IMG/VR virus record: IMGVR_UViG_3300025809_002164
Coordinates: 32,001-96,000 of that record
Length of the DNA stretch: 64,000 bases
Source: a virus
Reading direction: 5' to 3' (one strand)
Positions 8,548 to 18,107 of this stretch are shown piece by piece (positions within the stretch are counted from its first letter, which is position 1; each line of letters starts with the position of its first letter). The notes under the pieces are model-generated. The model searched no databases and was not told where the DNA came from. It saw only the letters and a list, made by a program, of their open reading frames with translations. Made by a program: the position numbers and the translations under genes.

Positions 8548-11108
8548 TATTTTATATCACCTAGCTTCATGAAAATCTTTTCGTCTATTATTGACATTGA
8601 GTCAACGAATAGAACATCTTCAGCCTTTCTGCCTACGATAACAACTATACTATCTTTAGCTGGAATTTCATTACCTTTGTCTAAGTATTCTGTGCAGGTT
8701 TTTTTTCTCTTAGAGTCAACCATGATTCCGGGGAGGCTGCCAACTTCGTCAGTTAATAAAACTTTTATATATTTATTTCCATTGCTACTAGTTTTTGAGA
8801 AAGAATCTTCTACTACCCCTATAAATTTACATTTGTCACCACTAGCCATTAATTTATAGTGCAGGCAGTCTTTAATTGAGTTGTCTTTATTGTCGAAAGC
8901 ATTCTTAAGTCTGCAAGAATAGCTGTAACCTAGAAGCTTTCTCTCAAAAAACCAGTTTGCAAATTTTTCATATTGCACATTCTGTTCATATATTTTTTTG
9001 TATTTATAATATTTTTCTTTAAATGTATTAAATCTTGACTCTTTCATGAGAGGCTTGCCATCCTCTGCTAGCATTGCATCTGATTTTGCAGCGTGTATTG
9101 ACTCAAGTATGTCGTAGTTGAATTTTTCGCCAAGCTGCATGAAGTTTCTCTTCTCCCTGTCAGTTAGCAAGTTGAATGCTTGAGCTTCTAAGGCAAGCCT
9201 AGGCCTACTTAATGAAGAGTCCTCGCTTAATGCTCCAGCTTGAATAATGGCTGAAAGTATACCTATGTTTAAACCTGCCTGTTTTGCGGATAGGAAAACG
9301 TCATACTTATTAGTGGTCTTAGAACCTCTAAATTCAGCTAAAGCTTTAAGGGATTTATCACTAACACCCTTAATGCTATTTAATCCGAATCTAATATTGT
9401 TCTTATCTATTGTAAAGTCAAAACTAGACTTAATTAAATTAGGTTGAAGTAAATTTATATTAAAATAAGAAAGCTCTCTGCTGATTTTAGATATTTCGTC
9501 TTGCTGATTAGGCTCAAACTCGGACATTTTAAGTAAGCTAAGGAAGAATTCTTTAGGGTGTTGAAACTTTAAGTAGGCAGTCCATGCTGCAAGTGTAGCA
9601 TAAGCTATTGAGTGCGACTTATTGAATGAATAATTTGCACTATCTTCGGCAACTTTCCATAGAATTTCTCCGACTTCTATAGGTAGATTGTTTTCTTTAA
9701 TTTTAGCATCTATCTTTTTTTGCCATTCTGCCATTTTTTCAACCTTTTTCTTTCCAACTATCCTCCTTAGTTGCTCTGACTCGTCAAGACTGAAGCCAAC
9801 TTTAACAGCCATTTTCATCAACTGCTCTTGGTATAGAGGTATACCTCCGGTATAATCAAGTACATCATCAAAGAAAGGATGTATGCTTTGGAAGTTAGAA
9901 GTCTTAACATACTCCGCATAACTATCAGCAAACTCTAAAGCTCCAGGCCTGGCGATAGCTATAACCGCGCTTAATTCTTCTATACTTTTAGGTTTAATTT
10001 TCTGGCAAACTCTAAAATTTGTCTCAGCTTCAATTTGAAATAACCCATGAGGGTTTTCTAAATTTTGTAGAGGTTTATATATTTCCACATCATTTAAATC
10101 TACATTATATATATCAATATCTAAAGTATCACAGACATCATAGATCACACTTAAAGTTCTTAATCCGAGAATATCGAATTTAACCATTAGTTCGGCGACC
10201 CAGTTCATGTCGTAACCAGTAATCAAGTTGCCCTCAGGAGTTCTTTGCATTGGGCAAATTTCAGACATTTCTCTATTTGATATAGCTATGCCGGATGGGT
10301 GTACTCCTGTATTTTTATTTAAGCCTTCTATTTTTTGAGCAATAGAAAAAACTTGAGGGTTGCTGTCGGCCCACTCCTGAAATTTAGAACTATCTGAATA
10401 GCAATCAGATAATGGTGCAACTTTTCCGTATTTCTTGGGCACACAAGAACTCAAATCATTAACCTCTTCCTCTGTAAATCCTCCTACAATTTTGCCGCAC
10501 TCCTTAATGCAAAGTTTACTGCTCAGTGTATTCAATGTTAATATGTTTGCAGTTCTTCCTGGATGTTTTTGCTCAATGTAATGTATTACTGTCTGCCTAT
10601 GCTCATAAGCTATATCGTTATCAACATCAGCTAGTAAGCTTCCATCTAGATATGTAATTCCGTTCTTATTTATTTTTCGAGCTCTACTTTTAGAAACGAA
10701 CCTCGCAAAAAATAACTCGTGCCTTATTGGGTCGACTTTAGTTACATCTATCAAGAAAAGAACCAAGCAGCCTGCAGCCGAACCTCTACCTGGGCCAGTC
10801 GGTATTTTATTCTCATGGCAGAAGTTAAGTATATCCCAATTTAATAATATATAATCTATGAAGCCTAGATCCTTCAAAATTGTAAGCTCTTCCTTTACTC
10901 TTTCGTAATATATTTTTTTATTTTTAAATTTATCTATACCTTTTCTTTTGACACCGTCCATGCATAACTTTCTTAGGAAATCAAAATTAGATACATCTTC
11001 GCTTAGATCTAGATTCTTGTAGTATTTAGGTAATATTTCAAGACTGGGAAGCAATACTCCCGGAGGGGCATACTCTTCGTATTGTGTGAATTGATTGAGA
11101 AAACTCAT
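8547..11108 (-). CDS. dnaE: DNA polymerase III alpha catalytic part (no PHP domain)
   Basis: GPGRGSAAG, ADVDND, HPSGI, KFDILGL, YQEQLM, YSFNKSH, RFGLNSIKG, C-terminal OB fold; start 11108 gives an ATGA overlap with the exonuclease stop. Confidence 0.93.
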   Translation of the reverse strand: MSFLNQFTQYEEYAPPGVLLPSLEILPKYYKNLDLSEDVSNFDFLRKLCMDGVKRKGIDKFKNKKIYYERVKEELTILKDLGFIDYILLNWDILNFCHENKIPTGPGRGSAAGCLVLFLIDVTKVDPIRHELFFARFVSKSRARKINKNGITYLDGSLLADVDNDIAYEHRQTVIHYIEQKHPGRTANILTLNTLSSKLCIKECGKIVGGFTEEEVNDLSSCVPKKYGKVAPLSDCYSDSSKFQEWADSNPQVFSIAQKIEGLNKNTGVHPSGIAISNREMSEICPMQRTPEGNLITGYDMNWVAELMVKFDILGLRTLSVIYDVCDTLDIDIYNVDLNDVEIYKPLQNLENPHGLFQIEAETNFRVCQKIKPKSIEELSAVIAIARPGALEFADSYAEYVKTSNFQSIHPFFDDVLDYTGGIPLYQEQLMKMAVKVGFSLDESEQLRRIVGKKKVEKMAEWQKKIDAKIKENNLPIEVGEILWKVAEDSANYSFNKSHSIAYATLAAWTAYLKFQHPKEFFLSLLKMSEFEPNQQDEISKISRELSYFNINLLQPNLIKSSFDFTIDKNNIRFGLNSIKGVSDKSLKALAEFRGSKTTNKYDVFLSAKQAGLNIGILSAIIQAGALSEDSSLSRPRLALEAQAFNLLTDREKRNFMQLGEKFNYDILESIHAAKSDAMLAEDGKPLMKESRFNTFKEKYYKYKKIYEQNVQYEKFANWFFERKLLGYSYSCRLKNAFDNKDNSIKDCLHYKLMASGDKCKFIGVVEDSFSKTSSNGNKYIKVLLTDEVGSLPGIMVDSKRKKTCTEYLDKGNEIPAKDSIVVIVGRKAEDVLFVDSMSIIDEKIFMKLGDIK

Positions 11109-11746
11109 ACCTCTACCTCCCATATCATTTTTTTAAAAACTTCATAGTTTTGCTCGATGTCATACAATGCATCGTGCAGTCGACTTTCATCTATACTAAT
11201 ATCGTAATCCTTGCATAAGTCCATAAGTTTCTTTTTTGATTTTCTGTCAATCATGTTGCATAATTTATACTGCCAGCTGAAAAAATCTGAATCTGTGCAT
11301 CTTTTGATGTCGTTCTTGATTGCCTTAGCTAAGCATAGGGTATCTATAGATCTATCTATGTATGAATAATCAGGGATCTTTCCTAGGCACCTTCGATATA
11401 TGCCGTGAATATAAATGTCGAACCCGAGTATGTTGTGCCCGACATTGATGTAAGACTTGTCGTATAAGAGTTTTTCAAAATCGTTAAGAGCTGATAAGGG
11501 GTCTCTAGCTTTATCTTTATACTCTTTTTCTGTCCAGCCTGTCATTTTTGCCGCTGTCTTGGACATTTTAAGATCGTCCCAATGCAGCCAGCAATCTTTC
11601 TTTAATGTGATCTCTCCATTCTCTATAGTCATGTAACCTAGTTGCCAAGGTTTATTATCTAGAGAGCCTAAATTTAGACAGCAAGTTTCAAAATCGAAAA
11701 ATAAATACTTTTGATTCTTGTTAAATCTTAATAAGTTTTCCTTCAT
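11105..11746 (-). CDS. dnaQ: DEDDh 3'-5' exonuclease (Pol III epsilon-like)
   Basis: FFDFET, GHNILGFD, IDTL, LHDALYD. Confidence 0.85.
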   Translation of the reverse strand: MKENLLRFNKNQKYLFFDFETCCLNLGSLDNKPWQLGYMTIENGEITLKKDCWLHWDDLKMSKTAAKMTGWTEKEYKDKARDPLSALNDFEKLLYDKSYINVGHNILGFDIYIHGIYRRCLGKIPDYSYIDRSIDTLCLAKAIKNDIKRCTDSDFFSWQYKLCNMIDRKSKKKLMDLCKDYDISIDESRLHDALYDIEQNYEVFKKMIWEVEV

Positions 11747-11919
11747 TTGATTGATTTGCCTTCAAACGTTTTATTTAACTCCAAGAGTAAAGACTTTCTC
11801 TCTAAATTGTTAAGGTTATTATATTGTTTTTTAATCGCCTTCATGAATCTTCGCTGTTCGGCTACCCCCTCTTGAAAATTGATTGCTTTTTTAATTTTTA
11901 GTACAGTTTTTTTGTTCAT
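11743..11919 (-). CDS. Small basic protein, 58 aa (not in ORF track)
   Basis: Manual translation MNKKTVLKIKKAINFQEGVAEQRRFMKAIKKQYNN...; its TGA overlaps the exonuclease ATG. Confidence 0.65.
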   Translation of the reverse strand: MNKKTVLKIKKAINFQEGVAEQRRFMKAIKKQYNNLNNLERKSLLLELNKTFEGKSIK

Positions 11920-11942
11920 ATATTTTATGTATTAATTGTTTC

Positions 11943-12683
11943 CTATTTATTATCTTCTAAGTAGCTTTCAAAACTAAAGCTATCGCTTGCAAGGTGGTCG
12001 AAATTTGGGACATCTAATGTCCTCTGCTTGAATTGTCTCGAACAGATACATTTATATGTTTGGTATGCATGAAAGTCTTCTTTGTCCTCATAATAAATGC
12101 TCTTAGCTGTCGAGTAATCATGCCCATTTGATGTGCAATAAGATTTTACTATAGACTGCATTCTTCTGTCAAAGGGTAACCCGTTGTTTTCGATTAAAAA
12201 ATGAGGAGAAAGGAAAGATAGATCTGGTATGCAACTGCAGAAATGCATTGTGTTCATGAACAAAAAAGAATCATAGAATGGGATAGACATGTTGAGGCTA
12301 TCTTCATCCCACAGGGACTTCAAGTGGGAGAAGTCTAGTAACCCGTCGTTTTCACAAAATGAGTGTGAGTATATACTATTAAGTAAGGAGCAGCCTTTGT
12401 CGTTTTTTGCAAAAATTATGACTTTGTGTGTGCATTTTGAGCTAGAATTAAGATCTGTGTGTGATGCTGAAATTCTTAAGCCAAAAATTAACTGAATACC
12501 TAAGTCTTTGGCACACTTTTGGGATTCAAGGAAGCCGATTAGTGAATCCTCTACCATTATAACTTGCTTCAGCTTATTTTTGGATGCGATTCCAAATACA
12601 CTGGCAACTTTAGATCCTTTTTGTTCCGATACTTTGAGTATACTTTTTCCTATAGAGTAATGACTTTTGAATAGAGCTAACAT
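11943..12683 (-). CDS. Stand-alone PHP domain of DNA polymerase III alpha
   Basis: FKSHYSIGKS, IQLIFG, IIFAKNDKGCSLL, YYEDKED mirror the DnaE N-terminus. Confidence 0.8.
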   Translation of the reverse strand: MLALFKSHYSIGKSILKVSEQKGSKVASVFGIASKNKLKQVIMVEDSLIGFLESQKCAKDLGIQLIFGLRISASHTDLNSSSKCTHKVIIFAKNDKGCSLLNSIYSHSFCENDGLLDFSHLKSLWDEDSLNMSIPFYDSFLFMNTMHFCSCIPDLSFLSPHFLIENNGLPFDRRMQSIVKSYCTSNGHDYSTAKSIYYEDKEDFHAYQTYKCICSRQFKQRTLDVPNFDHLASDSFSFESYLEDNK

Positions 12684-12691
12684 TGTTTAAT

Positions 12692-12720
12692 ATATTAGCA
12701 GAATTAAATTAAAAAGTCAA
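12692..12720 (-). promoter_or_regulatory. Sigma70-type promoter for the polymerase operon
   Basis: TTGACT-17 nt-TAATAT with extended -10 TG. Confidence 0.75.
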
Positions 12721-12721
12721 G

Positions 12722-13717
12722 CTATATTTGATATTTTTCTATGAAAGATTCTACAGGTTTACCTTCTCCTATGTGCATCTCCAGCTCTGATATTATTTTA
12801 CTCCTTAAGGCTAGCATATCTTTAGGCATATGTTGAGATTGAGACTCCCTTAAGCTTGCAGAGCCAGCTACAATTAAAAGTATTGCGAGAGGGTCAAACA
12901 CAAATATTAATATTAATATGACCATCCTGACTGCAGAGCTTGCTCCTATTTCTGGCCCCCCAAAGTCAGAGATTACCTCTGCTATATATTTAATTGGGCC
13001 TAACTCAGCATTAAGTTGGCTCAGTTGTAAGTTTAGTTTATTCTTTTCTGATTTAATTAATAAATAATCTTCTTCCAATTTTTCTAGTGCTGGAAATATG
13101 TTCAATTCTATATTGGATCGATATCCTTCCATTCTTTCTTGAATTTTAATTTTCTCTGAAGATATTTGAGATCTTTCGCTGACTTGCCCCTCTTGAGCTT
13201 GAGCTATGTTTTTAGAAGAAGAGAATCCACCTTTAGATCTTACCTCAGATATGATTAAATCTAAACTCTTTAATCTTTCATTCATTCTTTGTATGGAAAG
13301 GTAGTCTTCTGCTTTTAATTCTTCCGAGGTTTTTTTCTGAGATTGAAGGGATAGCTTCTTGTTGCTGGCTGATTCTAGCTTGCTGTCAAGCATTTCTATT
13401 TCAGACTCAATTGAATCTGAGCCGGACTCTTGCTCTATGTGTGACTTGCTTAAGAATCCAAAAATACCCATGCTTGTTATTAGGGATAATATTAAAACTG
13501 AAAAAGTTAAGTAAGACCTAATGGTAATTCCGCAAGACTTCCAATTCCTGTGAAGCCAGACAGCAGTAATTAACTTTCCTACCTCTAAAGATCCTCCCAT
13601 GACAACTATAGCCCAAAAAACTCCAGGAAATATCGTGGTAAGGCCTATTATGCTGAAATATGCAGCCACAGCAGCCAAAGTTAAGGCTGAACTCATAACT
13701 AGTAAAGGAAATATCAT
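12722..13717 (-). CDS. Membrane protein with three N-terminal TM helices, coiled coil and C-terminal TM
   Basis: Hydrophobic segments, heptad region, LIFVFDPLAILL; GTGTA at 13727-13731. Confidence 0.7.
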   Translation of the reverse strand: MIFPLLVMSSALTLAAVAAYFSIIGLTTIFPGVFWAIVVMGGSLEVGKLITAVWLHRNWKSCGITIRSYLTFSVLILSLITSMGIFGFLSKSHIEQESGSDSIESEIEMLDSKLESASNKKLSLQSQKKTSEELKAEDYLSIQRMNERLKSLDLIISEVRSKGGFSSSKNIAQAQEGQVSERSQISSEKIKIQERMEGYRSNIELNIFPALEKLEEDYLLIKSEKNKLNLQLSQLNAELGPIKYIAEVISDFGGPEIGASSAVRMVILILIFVFDPLAILLIVAGSASLRESQSQHMPKDMLALRSKIISELEMHIGEGKPVESFIEKYQI

Positions 13718-13740
13718 AAGTGATATTACACTAAAAAAAT

Positions 13741-14835
13741 TTATCCGAACAAATCTTCGAACTGAGAGGTTTTAGGTTTTGACCAATGAGGGCAACCTGA
13801 ATATTTCATTAGTTCAATTGATTGATCTTTCTTTTTTTTAGACTCAAGAGTATGCTTATCCTCAGTAAAGCACGTTTTTAAAACTTTGCCGGAAGAATCT
13901 TTTAAGGCATAATAAGAAAAAGGTTTCCTGTAGGAGCATATAAATGCAGGTATAGGATCTCCTTTCGAATCTAGTACATTTTGACCTTTACTAATCTTGA
14001 AGCCGTCTTTACCGCAAGCTAAAGGGCCTCCAAATGTACCGTCTGATGGGTAGGGTTGGTTTGCTGCAAAATTAGATAGACCTTTTTCTTCGTCAAAAGT
14101 ATCTATGTAACTTTGTATTTCGGTGAGTTCATGCTCGAGCCCTAAGAGCTCTTCGTCTGTGACCATATCCATAGATACAATTCCGTTTCCTTTGTATCCA
14201 AACATATCCTTGTCTAGTTTAAATTTAAGAAATATAAACTCGCTCTCTCTTGTTTTAAATTCTGGGTACAAATGTTTTACAGCTAAAGAATACATTAAGT
14301 GTTGCAAGTTGTCTGTTATTTCCTTGCCTTTGAATACTTGTTTACTGCTCTTAAAGTCTCTAATCAATGCAAAAGACTCACCTTTATATAGGAATAGTTT
14401 ATCTATGAATCCTTTAATTCTATAAGATAAATTTCCGTTGTTGACCACAATGTCGAAATCTTTTTCAGATATAGACTCATCAGGCTTATCTAAATCTTTA
14501 CCGAAGAAGTCGTAGTGCAATCCATTTATAGTCATCTTATCTATCAATTCTAAATTATCCGAATCGTCTACATTAAGCTTTTTCGCATAGTGCATTATTA
14601 TTTTACTAATCGCGGGACATTTAAACACAGAATTACCTTCAATCATTCTGTCGTAGTTTTTCTTATGCCTAGGTTCTCCCATTAGCTCAAAAATTAAGTG
14701 ACATATCCATCCCCTGCTAGCTCCATCGTTCGATTTATCTGGAAGCTTTAATTTATAATTGCACCAATACTTCCAGGAGCACTGTTGTAATGTTTTTATT
14801 CTACTTGCTGATAGTGCTGATTCGTGCTTATTCAT
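13741..14835 (-). CDS. PD-(D/E)XK exonuclease (AddB/Cas4-like)
   Basis: LSASRIKTLQQC, SEKDF, GFIDKL, DFKSS, QHLMY; several C-terminal Cys. Confidence 0.8.
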   Translation of the reverse strand: MNKHESALSASRIKTLQQCSWKYWCNYKLKLPDKSNDGASRGWICHLIFELMGEPRHKKNYDRMIEGNSVFKCPAISKIIMHYAKKLNVDDSDNLELIDKMTINGLHYDFFGKDLDKPDESISEKDFDIVVNNGNLSYRIKGFIDKLFLYKGESFALIRDFKSSKQVFKGKEITDNLQHLMYSLAVKHLYPEFKTRESEFIFLKFKLDKDMFGYKGNGIVSMDMVTDEELLGLEHELTEIQSYIDTFDEEKGLSNFAANQPYPSDGTFGGPLACGKDGFKISKGQNVLDSKGDPIPAFICSYRKPFSYYALKDSSGKVLKTCFTEDKHTLESKKKKDQSIELMKYSGCPHWSKPKTSQFEDLFG

Positions 14836-15877
14836 TTATTGATTTTAAGTTTTTAATGAGTGCTTTGGATAGCTTTGAATTTTCTTTGAGCTTATTTGAT
14901 AGTTTAATTATCTTAGGAGTTTGGTCTAGATCTTTGATTAATGATACCTTAGATCTCCAATTTTTAAAGTCTTTCTCGCTCATGTCGCCGAAGTCATTTT
15001 TGTCGGGAAGGCATATTTTTATACTGTCTTTGTCGAAATAATTTAATAGTTTTAAATAATTTTTAATTGCAGCTTCCATTCCTCTGTTTTCTTTTTTCTC
15101 GAAATCATTATTAAAAGAAATGAATACATGCTTGAAGTTTAAATTTAATATAAAGCATAAAAGTTTTGATTGGATATCTAGGCCGAAAGAAACTAATACA
15201 TTATTAAATCCATGCTCGTTGAGGCTTAGGCAGTCACCCACACTTTCGACTATGATTACATAATCTTCTTTTACTGAGTCGAATAGAGGTCCATTTTTTG
15301 TGGGTGTGTGGGCAGGAAAAGCCCAAGAATTCTTTTTTCCTATATGTTTCCACTTAGGTCTTCCTTCCTTGCCTGACATATCTCTACCTGAAAATCCATG
15401 AATTTGACCATATTGATTGTATATTGGAAAGACAAACCTTTGGTACATCTGACCTTTGGTAGCGAGACCTCCTTTGAGTTTTTTTAAAGTCGTATCACTT
15501 ATCCCTCTATTTTGATAGAATTGATAGTGGGGCAATAATTTTGAGAGGGAGGATTCTGGGTAAATTTCCTCCATCTCTATATTCTGAATTGAGTCTTTTG
15601 ATTTCTCGGCGAGAAAGAAAACTTCGTCTTTGTTTATATATTTCGATAACTCTTTGGGGTCGTTTGTGTTTAAAGTTAGGACTAGAAGTTTCTTGAAGGC
15701 CATAAAGCTGGTACCCTTTACATAGTCTTTCCACGCTCCTGTATCTTTATATATTTGTAAGGCTGTAGGGTTATCACCGCTCCTGTAGAGGGCTGCAGAT
15801 TGCCAGTATGAGCCCTTGTCGGTGAGCCTGTACCCTAGCTCTTCTAGGATTGATTTTATTTTGGATGAACCTATCAT
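14828..15877 (-). CDS. dnaG: DnaG-like primase (Toprim)
   Basis: RFVFPIYN...GFSGR...PKWKH, VIIVESVGD, NDFGDM; adjacent to the helicase. Confidence 0.8.
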   Translation of the reverse strand: MIGSSKIKSILEELGYRLTDKGSYWQSAALYRSGDNPTALQIYKDTGAWKDYVKGTSFMAFKKLLVLTLNTNDPKELSKYINKDEVFFLAEKSKDSIQNIEMEEIYPESSLSKLLPHYQFYQNRGISDTTLKKLKGGLATKGQMYQRFVFPIYNQYGQIHGFSGRDMSGKEGRPKWKHIGKKNSWAFPAHTPTKNGPLFDSVKEDYVIIVESVGDCLSLNEHGFNNVLVSFGLDIQSKLLCFILNLNFKHVFISFNNDFEKKENRGMEAAIKNYLKLLNYFDKDSIKICLPDKNDFGDMSEKDFKNWRSKVSLIKDLDQTPKIIKLSNKLKENSKLSKALIKNLKSINE

Positions 15878-17382
15878 ATGTTTGGAAGGTTATCTGTTGC
15901 TACCGACATTAATATTTCAGACTGAGCTAATTGACTATCAACTAAGTCTTGAGTGTCTCCAGCTTCAGAGACGTTAAAGTTTTTAATATCTAGGAAGACG
16001 GAATTCCTTACCAAGCTTCCGTCTTCTAGCCTTACTGAATTTAAAGCTCTAAAATACTCCTTACCTAGGTGTCTATGTTTGAAGCATGTTATCTTGTGTG
16101 TTCCAAAATCTGGAGAGTCTTGCATTTCGTCGTCAGACTTCTTCCTGAGACTCAATAGGTGAGAGCTGAACTGTATGATTCTATCAGACAATGATACTAT
16201 ACTTTCGTCTTCAACTATATTCTCTGACCTTCGGTTGCTAGTAATTCCAGAACGATTAGTTTGCACACTAGTCATCATGGCAACCACTGGCTCTCCGTCG
16301 TAAAGTATATCTTTGTGAACTAATTTTTTAAATTTGTCTACCATTTCGCCAACGACTTGCCATTCCGACTTATTTGCTAGATTTTCTGAAGTAGTCTTTA
16401 TGTAATCAAAATTAAATATTAATTGATTCCCTCTCCCTACCTTGCTGTAATAGAATCTTTTTACTAAATTCACCATTTGGTCTACGTTCATTCCTGCAAC
16501 GTTATAGTAGTGAAGATTATACTCTTTAAGTTTAGGCCAGATAGCTCTGACTCTGTCAACTATATCTTTACCCGCCATTCTCCATTGACCTGTCTCTATC
16601 AAGTGGAGCGGAACTCCAGATAGTGAGGAGCATAGCCTGCCCATTAACTCTTCTTTACTCATCTCTCCATTATCAAAATGAAGTATAGGTGTGCCTCCAT
16701 TTAGCTGTGAGGTTTTTAAACAAAAATCAATACAGAACTGAGTTTTGCCTACTCCAGACCTAGCTGTTATCGTTGTTATATTTCCGGGCCTAAGTAGTGA
16801 TCCGTATAGGTCGTGGAGTCTTTTATGTGGACCCTTGAGTCCGAAGTCTTCGACTGGATTATTTCCCCTATCCTCTACTAAGTTCTCCATATTTTCGAAT
16901 AAATCTTCAGGGTTTTCTGAGGAGTTATCATACCTATTCATTACTTCATTATAAATCTGGTCTGTAGACTCTATCAACTCTGAGAAGGATTGACCTTTTG
17001 AGCCGACGACTTTTTCAGCCATTTTCTTGGATACCGCAACGATCTCTCTCTTGGTGCTAAGATATTTAACTTCCTTAGCTACATCTATAAGAGAATCTTC
17101 GCTCGTTTTACTTAACGATAAGGATTGAACATAATCTGCGATATTTATGTTGTCTTGAAATGATATTCCTAAAGCTACTATTCTTTCGGACAGGATAACA
17201 TAGTCTATTTTACTTCCACTATTGATTGCATTTTGTATTATGCAGAAAATTGTTTTATTTACTTGAGACTTTTCAGAGTAAAAATCTTGTTCTCCAACAA
17301 ATGGAGAAATATTAATAAATGAGTCGGGGTGATTAACTAAGCCTGCAAGCAGTTGTCTTTCTAGTGGATAGGAATGCATCAT
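15874..17382 (-). CDS. dnaB: Replicative helicase, DnaB family
   Basis: LERQLLAGL N-domain, ARSGVGKT, NGEM, FDYIK, SVQTNR, KHR. Confidence 0.9.
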   Translation of the reverse strand: MMHSYPLERQLLAGLVNHPDSFINISPFVGEQDFYSEKSQVNKTIFCIIQNAINSGSKIDYVILSERIVALGISFQDNINIADYVQSLSLSKTSEDSLIDVAKEVKYLSTKREIVAVSKKMAEKVVGSKGQSFSELIESTDQIYNEVMNRYDNSSENPEDLFENMENLVEDRGNNPVEDFGLKGPHKRLHDLYGSLLRPGNITTITARSGVGKTQFCIDFCLKTSQLNGGTPILHFDNGEMSKEELMGRLCSSLSGVPLHLIETGQWRMAGKDIVDRVRAIWPKLKEYNLHYYNVAGMNVDQMVNLVKRFYYSKVGRGNQLIFNFDYIKTTSENLANKSEWQVVGEMVDKFKKLVHKDILYDGEPVVAMMTSVQTNRSGITSNRRSENIVEDESIVSLSDRIIQFSSHLLSLRKKSDDEMQDSPDFGTHKITCFKHRHLGKEYFRALNSVRLEDGSLVRNSVFLDIKNFNVSEAGDTQDLVDSQLAQSEILMSVATDNLPNI

Positions 17383-17390
17383 GTTTATAA

Positions 17391-17418
17391 ATCATAGCAC
17401 AATTAGAATAAAAGTCAA
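17391..17418 (-). promoter_or_regulatory. Sigma70-type promoter for the helicase-primase operon
   Basis: TTGACT-16 nt-TATGAT with extended TG; -35 contains the TGA stop of the upstream gene. Confidence 0.65.
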
Positions 17419-17678
17419 GAATTATCTCCATTAATATCAAAAGGGGAGTCGGCTCCCTCTATATCCATGAGGTATTTTTCTAAAGCTTTTCTTATACCCA
17501 TTTCAACTATCTGGCTGCCAGCCTTACAGAATACTACGGGACTTCCCTCTTGGTTTACGTATGCTATCAGGTAACCCTTCGATTGATCGAACGAACTTCC
17601 CGTGAATTCAAAAAGTTTCTCAAGAAAGCTTTCTGGTATTTGAAATATTGGAAACTCTTCAGGGTTTTCATCGTGCAT
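17415..17678 (-). CDS. Hypothetical acidic protein
   Basis: 87 aa ORF; CTGTA variant motif 11 nt upstream. Confidence 0.65.
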   Translation of the reverse strand: MHDENPEEFPIFQIPESFLEKLFEFTGSSFDQSKGYLIAYVNQEGSPVVFCKAGSQIVEMGIRKALEKYLMDIEGADSPFDINGDNS

Positions 17679-17696
17679 AGGTATTATTATACAGCA

Positions 17697-18107
17697 TTAT
17701 AGAGAAATATCAAGGTTTTTAAAAAATTCTTTAGATAATTTGTCCTTTTCGAATATTAAAATTAATTTAATATTATTTAATTCACAAAAGTCATTTTTTT
17801 GATGGTCCCTCTTTAGTTGAGCTAAGTAATTATTCTCATAACCGCCGTGAAAGAATGGAACGTATTTAGTGTGCTGCCCTCCTTGAACTTCTATAGCTAT
17901 TTTTTCATTAGCATTGTATAGATCTAGAGTCATTCTTGTTCCGGCTATAGGAAACTCTTCAAAGACTATATGACGTCTCCAGTAAGGCTCTAGAAAAGTT
18001 TTTACGGATTTCTGGAACTTGCTTCTACTTTTGCCGGTCCAATCAATTGAATACTTATGGGCCCCTATAACCTTCCTGGAAGCCCCTGTTAAAGTTTTAA
18101 ATCTCAA
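17697..18107 (-). CDS. Vsr/DUF559-like endonuclease
   Basis: LDLY...IAIEVQGGQH...RDHQKNDFC...IKL. Confidence 0.75.
   Translation of the reverse strand: MRFKTLTGASRKVIGAHKYSIDWTGKSRSKFQKSVKTFLEPYWRRHIVFEEFPIAGTRMTLDLYNANEKIAIEVQGGQHTKYVPFFHGGYENNYLAQLKRDHQKNDFCELNNIKLILIFEKDKLSKEFFKNLDISL

Noticed and set aside
8547-12683. Split intein or programmed frameshift joining DnaE parts
   Set aside because: No intein terminal motifs seen, and two separate genes lie between the fragments.
13741-14835. Cas4 of a CRISPR-Cas locus
   Set aside because: No cas1/cas2 or array in the window; context is helicase-primase, as for phage recombination exonucleases.
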